A stretch of 19,725 nucleotides of DNA from an uncultured Aminicenantes bacterium (lineage in GTDB: Bacteria; Acidobacteriota; Aminicenantia; UBA2199). The stretch covers positions 1 to 19,725 of the forward strand of contig CBDAFS010000054.1 in NCBI GenBank assembly GCA_965195285.1, read 5' to 3'. This document shows, one piece after another, positions 1 through 6,308 of this stretch. How positions within the stretch are numbered: the first letter of the stretch is position 1; every line of letters starts with the position of its first letter. The notes beneath the pieces are model-generated. The model saw only the letters and a list, made by a program, of their open reading frames with translations, did not search any database and had not been told where the DNA came from. The position numbers were made by a program, and so were the translations under genes.

Positions 1-241
1 CGGCAACCCCATCCAGCTTGACCTCCAGGTTTTCATAACCGGACTGAAGCGAATAACTGTAGTTGACCAGATCAGCGTCTGTATAAGAATATGATCCGGT
101 AGCCGGGGTTCCGGTAATCCCCTCTCCTACGGTCACGGTCAACACGTACTGGGCCGCATCCTCGGCAGTCTTACAGCCGGGATGAACCAGCAAACCCAGC
201 AAACAAAAAACAACCAACAGGTAAAACAATTTACTCTTCAT
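1..241 (-). CDS. Putative lipoprotein, 5' part only (runs off the window edge); tandem paralog of 387..986
   Basis: Not in the ORF track. Manual translation from ATG at 241 gives MKSKLFYLLVVFCLLGLLVHPGCKTAEDAAQYVLTVTVGEGITGTPATGSYSYTDADLVNYSYSLQSGYENLEVKLDGVA, with 6 differences in 80 aa from the next gene. GGAGGAG SD upstream. Confidence 0.9.
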   Translation of the reverse strand, partial: MKSKLFYLLVVFCLLGLLVHPGCKTAEDAAQYVLTVTVGEGITGTPATGSYSYTDADLVNYSYSLQSGYENLEVKLDGVA

Positions 242-259
242 GGGTCTCTCCTCCAACAT

Positions 260-288
260 ATATTAATGATCCGGAATCGAAAAGTCAA
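260..288 (-). promoter_or_regulatory. Sigma70-type promoter of lipoprotein copy A
   Basis: Minus strand TTGACT (288-283), 17-bp spacer, TAATAT (265-260). Both hexamers are identical in copy B while the spacer carries substitutions. Confidence 0.65.
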
Positions 289-302
289 TCACCAGCAAGA
301 AG

Positions 303-365
303 GGGTCAGTTCTTTCTTTATAACATTATTAACATTTTCTCACGCTTTAATGAAAGAACTGACCC
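303..365. repeat. 14-bp perfect inverted repeat (REP-like hairpin or terminator) between the tandem lipoprotein genes
   Basis: GGGTCAGTTCTTTC (303-316) and GAAAGAACTGACCC (352-365) flank a 35-nt AT-rich spacer. It lies 21 bp past the stop codon of 387..986. Confidence 0.8.
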
Positions 366-386
366 TCACATTTTTTATTGTCTGCT

Positions 387-986
387 TTAATATCTGGATA
401 ATTCCCAGGGTCCCTCTTCACTTAAACTGGAAATCCAAGTTCCAGACATGTTGGTGTCATTATTGATAGTACCGGAATATTCATGCCAATAACTGGAAGG
501 ATAATTCATTCTAAACTCTATGGTGCCATTGGTTATGGAATAGGTACCTACTCCATATCCGATAGTTTCCAGATCTCCGGATACGGTTCCGGAATAAAAT
601 CCACCGGAAAAAGTAAACTGAAGGCTATATTGCGTCCCACCATAAGTCAAAGTTCCATTCCACTCACCACTGACATCAAAAATCATCTCAGCCGTCACAT
701 TCAGGGTGTGATTCATGTTCATAGAAATGATTCCATTATTACCAACGGTTACTCCATCCAGCTGAACCACCAGGTTTTCATAACCGGACTGAAGCGAATA
801 ACTGAAATTGACCAGGTCAGCGTCTGTATAAGAATATGATCCGGTAGCCGGGGTTCCGGTAATTCCCTCCCCCACGGTCACGGTCAGCACAAACTGGGCG
901 GCATCCTCGGCAGTCTTACAGCCGGGATGAACCAGCAAACCCAACAAACAAAAGACAACAAACAGATAAAACAATTTACTCTTCAT
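387..986 (-). CDS. Putative lipoprotein: signal peptide with Cys, InlB-B-repeat-like beta domain, C-terminal beta-barrel-like domain
   Basis: K-rich N-terminus and hydrophobic stretch ending VHPG-C (atypical lipobox). Start moved from 1004 to 986 because GGAGGAG precedes 986 and ATG 1004 abuts the -10 box. The C-terminus is rich in G/T/W beta strands (SGEWNG...SGTW). Domain labels are by resemblance only. Confidence 0.75.
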   Translation of the reverse strand: MKSKLFYLFVVFCLLGLLVHPGCKTAEDAAQFVLTVTVGEGITGTPATGSYSYTDADLVNFSYSLQSGYENLVVQLDGVTVGNNGIISMNMNHTLNVTAEMIFDVSGEWNGTLTYGGTQYSLQFTFSGGFYSGTVSGDLETIGYGVGTYSITNGTIEFRMNYPSSYWHEYSGTINNDTNMSGTWISSLSEEGPWELSRY

Positions 987-1041
987 GGGTCTCTCCTCCA
1001 ACATATATTAATAATTCGGAATCGAAAAGTCAACCATCAGC
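746..1041. repeat. Direct repeat copy B of the tandem duplication (partner 1..296)
   Basis: Same hand alignment as copy A. Similarity stops abruptly 8 bp upstream of the -35 box. Confidence 0.95.
1005..1033 (-). promoter_or_regulatory. Sigma70-type promoter of lipoprotein copy B
   Basis: Minus strand TTGACT (1033-1028), N17, TAATAT (1010-1005). Confidence 0.65.
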
Positions 1042-1067
1042 TGGATGTTGCCATGGGTTGGAGTTAT

Positions 1068-2528
1068 TTATGAACCCTGAATTTTAATTCCCCGGCCGCA
1101 TTGATTGCAGTGAATGGTGGTTTCCAGCAGAGCCGGAGACAACTGGATGGGATTCCCGCAGTCGCAATTCATGGTTTCCCAGCCACTGCTCCGGCGTTGG
1201 TAGGAAATGGTTTCCGGTTTTTTTTGACTTTCAGTAACCTGAACATCCGGAATCTTTTTACTTTTTTTCCGGGCTGACAGCGAACCGGCAGCAGCCACAC
1301 CCGAAAGCGCTGCCATTTCGGCAAGCGGGGTTCTAATGGACCGTTTACATCTCGGGCAGGTAATACTTGACTGCTTAAACCCGGAGGGCAGTTTCAGTTT
1401 TAATCCACACAGGCAGGTCAAAAAAACAAATCCGTTCACCACCCTCATCAAATCCCCCAGCTCCCTTTTTTTTGTTGGGGAAGATGCCGGCTCAGAAACC
1501 TCGGTAGCCGGTTTTCGGATGGGCCGGGCTTGGGAATCCTTCAGGCCTGAGGCGGGCATGATGCCTTTACCGGTAACCAGCTGATAGGCGGATTGATAGT
1601 TGACAAAGTTTACCCCTCGGGACATATTTTGCAAAATCTTAATCCTTTCCTGGACCGGGGGATGGGTGCTGAACAATCCGGTCAGGGAACTTCTTTGCTT
1701 TTTCAAGGGATTGATGATAAACATGGGAGCGGTAATACTATTGGCCCGGGAAAACGACAGCCGGGTCGAGGAAATTTTTTTCAGAGCCGATGCCAGCCCT
1801 TCCGGGTAACGGGATAACCGGGCAGCCGATGCATCAGCCAGGTATTCTCGTTTCCGTGAAATAGTAAAATAGAAAATCCGGCTCAATATCGGTGCCAGGA
1901 TGGCCAGGACAATGGCCACCATGGCAATGGCTCCGCCCCCTCCCTTATCCGATCTCCGGGAACTGAACCGCCGGGAAGAACTCCCTGAAAACCAAAGGCT
2001 CCTTAAAAACACCTCTGAAATGAGTACGATCGAACCCAGCATGATTCCGGCATAGGTCATATAGAGGATGTCCCGGTTCAGAATATGGGACATTTCATGG
2101 GCAATCACCCCCTGAAGTTCGGTACGATTCAGCCGGTTCAGCAAACCGGCGGTAACGGCAATGGCACTTTTCTCCGGCTTTCTTCCGGTGGCAAAAGCAT
2201 TGGGTGCATCCTCGGCAATAATATAGATTTTGGGCAAAACCGGTAAATTGGCCGCAATTTTCATCTCTTCCACCACATTAAACAGTTGGGGATGAATATT
2301 GTGGCTCACTTCTTTGGCCCGGCTAAGGGCCAGCAACATGGAATCACCCTTAAAATACCCGATCAGCGACCAAAACGCCCAAATCATGAGCGCCAGAAAA
2401 AGCCCGGTACCGCCACCTTGGGGGAGGTAAGCCTCTCCCAGTATATACCCGGTGGCCAAGAGCAGCATCCCCATGCCAATAAAGAGAAACCAGGTTTTTC
2501 GCTTATTGGACCGGATCAATTCCCACAT
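1068..2528 (-). CDS. htpX: M48 family zinc metalloprotease (HtpX-like) with C-terminal extension carrying two zinc-ribbon motifs
   Basis: Two N-terminal TM helices, PNAFATG, HEMSH (HExxH), SRKREYLAD, FSTHPP. Directly downstream of lemA. Tail contains CLCG...CPRC and CDCG...CNQC. Confidence 0.92.
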   Translation of the reverse strand: MWELIRSNKRKTWFLFIGMGMLLLATGYILGEAYLPQGGGTGLFLALMIWAFWSLIGYFKGDSMLLALSRAKEVSHNIHPQLFNVVEEMKIAANLPVLPKIYIIAEDAPNAFATGRKPEKSAIAVTAGLLNRLNRTELQGVIAHEMSHILNRDILYMTYAGIMLGSIVLISEVFLRSLWFSGSSSRRFSSRRSDKGGGGAIAMVAIVLAILAPILSRIFYFTISRKREYLADASAARLSRYPEGLASALKKISSTRLSFSRANSITAPMFIINPLKKQRSSLTGLFSTHPPVQERIKILQNMSRGVNFVNYQSAYQLVTGKGIMPASGLKDSQARPIRKPATEVSEPASSPTKKRELGDLMRVVNGFVFLTCLCGLKLKLPSGFKQSSITCPRCKRSIRTPLAEMAALSGVAAAGSLSARKKSKKIPDVQVTESQKKPETISYQRRSSGWETMNCDCGNPIQLSPALLETTIHCNQCGRGIKIQGS

Positions 2529-2541
2529 GGAAACAACTCAT

Positions 2542-3102
2542 TTAAGAAAAATCAACCTTAGGAACTTCCTTTTCCTTGATATCTTCAATTTCAAAGAATT
2601 CTTCTTCTTTGAAATGAAACATCCCGGCAATGATGCTGGATGGAAACATCTGAATCTTGTTGTTTAAAAACAAGACCTGATCATTATAACCCTGGCGAGA
2701 ATAGGCAATTCGATTTTCAGTGGTTGAAAGTTCCTCCTGAAGGGCCAGAAAGTTCTGACTGGCTTTCAGGTCCGGATAATTTTCAACCACCACAAAAAAT
2801 TTTCCCATGGCCTCACTCAATTGACCTTCGGCTTTTATTTTCTCCCCAATACCATCAGCACCCATGGCCCGGCTTCTGGCCTCGGTCAGGCTTTGCAGGG
2901 TTTCGCGTTCATGCTTCATATAACCTTTGGCCGTTTCAATTAGATTGGGGATGAGATCGTGACGCCTTTTCAACTGCACATCAATCTGGGACCAGGCATT
3001 TTTAACCTGATTTCTGAGCCGCACCAGTGAATTGAAAATTCCGACAATCCACATGATCACTACCACGATGATTCCTAAAAAAACAAGTAATACCAAACCC
3101 AT
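2542..3102 (-). CDS. lemA: LemA family protein
   Basis: N-terminal TM helix; [49 protein letters not shown] and terminal VPKVDF match the LemA pattern. AAGGAGG SD. Confidence 0.97.
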   Translation of the reverse strand: MGLVLLVFLGIIVVVIMWIVGIFNSLVRLRNQVKNAWSQIDVQLKRRHDLIPNLIETAKGYMKHERETLQSLTEARSRAMGADGIGEKIKAEGQLSEAMGKFFVVVENYPDLKASQNFLALQEELSTTENRIAYSRQGYNDQVLFLNNKIQMFPSSIIAGMFHFKEEEFFEIEDIKEKEVPKVDFS

Positions 3103-3145
3103 TTTATCCTCCTTATATCCTGTTGAATTTATTTCACATTTTCAT

Positions 3146-3565
3146 TTACTCACTTAAACCGTCCCTGAAAACTTCCTTCAACCAGGTAATGACCGGGTCT
3201 TTCGGCGTCAAACCGCCCCTTTTCAGAGTCTCATAGAGTTCGCCGCGATCAAACCAGATCCCATGTTGACCGGGACAACCGTCAATTAGGATTTTCTTTT
3301 GCCTCTGAGCGGAATCCTGTTCAGAACCCGGCAGAGAGAGTTTATTCATTTTTTTACGGCACATGGGGCATTTTTTTTTCTTTTCCCCGACATTGATTTC
3401 AACCTGAAAGGAACTTAAAAACACATCCCGCCTATGGGAATTTTCCAGTAAGAGTTCCAACTCCCCTGCATCCAGCCAGATACCCTGACAATGGATGCAG
3501 TAATCAATCTCCACTTCATCCAATTCCAGCACAATCATCAATTCTTTACAGGCCGGACAGTTCAT
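3146..3565 (-). CDS. zf-TFIIB-type zinc-ribbon protein with two repeats
   Basis: Repeat 1: CPAC...IDYCIHCQGIWLDAGEL. Repeat 2: CPMC...IDGCPGQHGIWFDRGEL. GGAG SD. Confidence 0.88.
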   Translation of the reverse strand: MNCPACKELMIVLELDEVEIDYCIHCQGIWLDAGELELLLENSHRRDVFLSSFQVEINVGEKKKKCPMCRKKMNKLSLPGSEQDSAQRQKKILIDGCPGQHGIWFDRGELYETLKRGGLTPKDPVITWLKEVFRDGLSE

Positions 3566-3596
3566 CTATACATCTCCGTGGGTTTTATTAGAAGGT

Positions 3597-4538
3597 TTAT
3601 TTACAAGAGTCTTCTTTCCGATAGATACAAATCCGGTTTTTCCCCAGCTGTTTTCCCTGGTAGAGGGCCTCATCCGCCTTTTTCAGGAGTTGATCCGGCT
3701 CTTTGGCATCCCTTGGAAAGGATGCCAGGCCAATGGTTACACTGAGTCGACCCAGTGGCTCTCCCTCAATAGTTTTGAAGTGATGCCGGTCGATGGTCAA
3801 CACAATCCGTTCACCTACCATGAAGGCTTCACTTTCAGTGGTCTCCGGCAGCAAAACAGCAAATTCTTCGCCTCCATAACGGGCCAAATAATCGCAGGCG
3901 CGCACATTTTTTTTTAATAAGGCTGCCACCTGCTTCAGTACCTGATCACCCACCAGATGCCCATGGGTATCATTGACTTTTTTAAAACTGTCAATATCGA
4001 TCATCAGCAGATTCAGGGGGCGCTTATAGCGGGCATGTCTTTGGGTTTCAGTATTTAACATGTGTTTGAAAAAACGCTGGTTGTTCAGATCGGTCAGATC
4101 ATCCATTGTGGACAGCTTCTTGTAATACTCGCTCTTTTCAGCCATTTCCTGGAGGTTTTTGGTTTCCAGTACTTTTTTGATAATGAAGAGTGTATGGTTG
4201 AATTTGAAGGGCTTAGAAACAAACTCAGCAGCTCCGGCTTTTATGGATTCGACGGCATTTTCAATAGACGCATAGGCGGTCATGACAATAATCGGAATAT
4301 TAAATCCCATCTCAATGACGGTCCGGGTAAGAGCAATTCCATCCATCCGGGGCATGAGAAGATCGGTCATAATCAGGTCGATACTGTTTTTTTCAATAAT
4401 CTCCAGGGCTTCCTGCCCGTTTTCGGCAGCAAGAACATCAAACTGATTTTCCTCTAGAAAATCTTTCAGACTGGAACGTATCCCCTCTTCATCGTCGACA
4501 ACCAGAATCGTGGAGCCTTGTTTTTCCTTACTATCCAT
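3597..4538 (-). CDS. Response-regulator diguanylate cyclase (REC-GGDEF)
   Basis: REC motifs ILVVDDE, TDLLMP (phospho-acceptor Asp), MTA and KP. GGDEF motifs DDLTDL, DIDSFKKVNDTHGH, GGEEF, plus RACD (RxxD I-site). ATG 4538 preferred over GTG 4550 on SD spacing. Confidence 0.95.
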   Translation of the reverse strand: MDSKEKQGSTILVVDDEEGIRSSLKDFLEENQFDVLAAENGQEALEIIEKNSIDLIMTDLLMPRMDGIALTRTVIEMGFNIPIIVMTAYASIENAVESIKAGAAEFVSKPFKFNHTLFIIKKVLETKNLQEMAEKSEYYKKLSTMDDLTDLNNQRFFKHMLNTETQRHARYKRPLNLLMIDIDSFKKVNDTHGHLVGDQVLKQVAALLKKNVRACDYLARYGGEEFAVLLPETTESEAFMVGERIVLTIDRHHFKTIEGEPLGRLSVTIGLASFPRDAKEPDQLLKKADEALYQGKQLGKNRICIYRKEDSCK

Positions 4539-4584
4539 ATTTAAAAACACCCTTCATAAATAGCAATCATTGCCGGTTTATTTC

Positions 4585-4613
4585 ATTATCCACTATTGAT
4601 GTTCAAAGGTCAA
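4585..4613 (-). promoter_or_regulatory. Candidate sigma70 promoter for the DGC-zf-lemA-htpX run
   Basis: Minus strand TTGACC (4613-4608), N17, GATAAT (4590-4585). Confidence 0.55.
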
Positions 4614-4641
4614 CAACCCCGGAATCAAATCGACTCATTCT

Positions 4642-4851
4642 CTAATCTTCATATTTAAAAGACAGATTGACCCGGGCACGATAAGCCATCACTTTTCCAT
4701 TCTCTACCCGCATATCCAGGTTTTTAATCTCAGCAATCCTGAGATTCTTCAAACTCTTTCCAGCTGTTTCAACTGCCCTTTTAGCTGCATCTTCCCAGGA
4801 TTGTTCACTGGTTCCCACTAATTCAATCACCTTATAAACGCTATCAGACAT
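4642..4851 (-). CDS. Dodecin (flavin-binding)
   Basis: 69 aa with VYKVIELVGTSEQSWEDAAKRAV...YRARVNLSFKYE, the typical dodecin pattern. AAGGAGG SD. Confidence 0.96.
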   Translation of the reverse strand: MSDSVYKVIELVGTSEQSWEDAAKRAVETAGKSLKNLRIAEIKNLDMRVENGKVMAYRARVNLSFKYED

Positions 4852-4878
4852 GGCATTCCTCCTTTATTATATATACCT

Positions 4879-4906
4879 ATTATAAATAAAAAATATTTTT
4901 TATCAA
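4879..4906 (-). promoter_or_regulatory. Candidate sigma70 promoter for dodecin, overlapped by an 18-bp palindrome
   Basis: Minus strand TTGATA (4906-4901), N16, TATAAT (4884-4879). ATAAAAAATATTTTTTAT at 4886-4903 is a perfect palindrome. Confidence 0.55.
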
Positions 4907-5038
4907 TCGTTTTTAATTCCATACAACACTTATTTCACCACTATCTTTTTATTCCGGCAAATGGTATAAATGATGTGAACACCAATAGTTTAGCCTTGAC
5001 TCGAGAAAATAACAGTCTCTGCCTGAACACCATCGGCA

Positions 5039-5067
5039 CGGACAAACCGGAGTGAAAATGTTATAAT
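5039..5067 (+). promoter_or_regulatory. Extended -10 promoter for the CAP-domain gene
   Basis: TGtTATAAT at 5059-5067 with CGGACA (5039-5044) 17 bp upstream of the -10 hexamer. Confidence 0.55.
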
Positions 5068-5087
5068 AACCTGCCCCGGGAAGGACA

Positions 5088-6278
5088 ATGTATTTCAGAG
5101 CAACCGTTTATCCAATCCTGCCATTGCTCCTGGTATTGCTCTTTGCCTTCAATCCCCTTTTACTGGCCCGGGAAAACCCTCCATCCCGGTTCCAGCGAAT
5201 TGAAAAAAAACTGTTTCAGCTTATCAACCGGGAAAGGGAAAAGCAAGGATTGAATCCGGTCTATTTTTTTTATACCCTGAACAGGATCGCGCTTCAGCAA
5301 AGTGAAAAAATGGCAGAGACCGGGCAGTTCAGCCATTTTCTTCCCGAAAGCGGAGGCCTGGCCCAACGATTGAAAGCAACCCGACTGTTCTTTATTCGCT
5401 GTGGCGAAAATCTGGTCCTCAGCGATGTCCCCCTGGCCTCCCTGATTCATGGCGAACTGATGCGGAGCCCGGATCACCGATCCAATATTTTAAATTCCCA
5501 CTTCACACATTGCGGAATCCGGATTTCATCGAAACAGAAGAAATTCTATATCACCCAGACTTTCGCTCAATTATTTGATCCCGCCGCAGACAGCAAGGTT
5601 GAATTTCATCTGCTGGAGGATCTGGAATTGTGGTTTGTGAAAAATTTCAACTACCGATTCGTGTTCCATCACCAATCCAGAGATTATGTCCGAAAGTTTT
5701 CCAGTCTGAACCTTCTGGGACAAAAAACATCAAAACCACCCAAAAGGTGGGGAACGGTGTATACCTTCAGCATGGTCTATCCTGATCTGACCTTTATCAA
5801 AAACAAACTGAAAGAAGAAATCATAAACATCAACCTCAATGCTATCTCAATCGGGGTAGCTTCCGGCAGGAACCAAAACTATCCGGGGGGTACCTATGCG
5901 GTCACCGTGCTGTTGTTCGGAGATTTCCATATTCATTCTTCCCCCGGAGAACTGTCCAGAATACTGTTGAAACAGATGAATCACATCCGGGTCAAAGCGA
6001 ACCTTCCTGTATTGAAATTAGATAGCCGCCAATCCCGGCATGCCCTGACCATATTAAACTCCGTTTCTTCAAAAGGAGAATTCAGGCGCAGGTCAGGAAA
6101 GGATATCACCCTGGTGATCTCCCTGCCCAACCCCTACCAGATCCCCAAAAATGTGAAAAAACTCCTGCAAATACACACCCAAATAAAACCTGAAATCGGG
6201 ATCGGAATTGCCTTACCCCGGAAGCGGCTTACCTTGCCGGCCCACTTTCGGGCCTGCCTTATTTTATTGAAAAAATAA
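5088..6278 (+). CDS. Secreted CAP (SCP/PR-1) domain protein
   Basis: Signal peptide, then LINREREKQGL, QSEKMA...FSH, CGENL, MRSPDHRSNIL and YITQTF. Degenerate CAP-like segments follow. Confidence 0.88.
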   Translation: MYFRATVYPILPLLLVLLFAFNPLLLARENPPSRFQRIEKKLFQLINREREKQGLNPVYFFYTLNRIALQQSEKMAETGQFSHFLPESGGLAQRLKATRLFFIRCGENLVLSDVPLASLIHGELMRSPDHRSNILNSHFTHCGIRISSKQKKFYITQTFAQLFDPAADSKVEFHLLEDLELWFVKNFNYRFVFHHQSRDYVRKFSSLNLLGQKTSKPPKRWGTVYTFSMVYPDLTFIKNKLKEEIININLNAISIGVASGRNQNYPGGTYAVTVLLFGDFHIHSSPGELSRILLKQMNHIRVKANLPVLKLDSRQSRHALTILNSVSSKGEFRRRSGKDITLVISLPNPYQIPKNVKKLLQIHTQIKPEIGIGIALPRKRLTLPAHFRACLILLKK

Positions 6279-6281
6279 CCC

Positions 6282-6299
6282 TGGCGGAATCGCCATTTT
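6282..6299 (+). terminator. Short candidate intrinsic terminator between convergent genes
   Basis: TGGCG-GAAT-CGCCA followed by TTTT, 3 bp after the CAP gene stop. The stem is only 5 bp. Confidence 0.4.
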
Positions 6300-6308
6300 C
6301 CTGGTATC

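Larger units (their letters stand above)
1..296. repeat. Direct repeat copy A of a tandem gene duplication (partner 746..1041, offset 745 bp)
   Basis: Hand alignment of 1..241 vs 746..986 shows about 20 substitutions (about 92% identity) and no indels. Similarity continues through the upstream promoter to 296/1041. Confidence 0.95.

Noticed and set aside
297-390. Integron attC site
   Set aside because: No RYYYAAC...GTTRRRY core pair flanks the hairpin, the genes carry their own promoters, and no integrase is visible.
182-839. Plus-strand ORFs 182..466 and 483..839
   Set aside because: Antisense shadows of the lipoprotein genes, whose synonymous substitution pattern identifies the minus frame as the coding one.
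1-1041. Diversity-generating retroelement TR/VR pair
   Set aside because: Differences between the copies are not adenine-specific, are mostly synonymous and lie at the 5' end. No reverse transcriptase is in the window.
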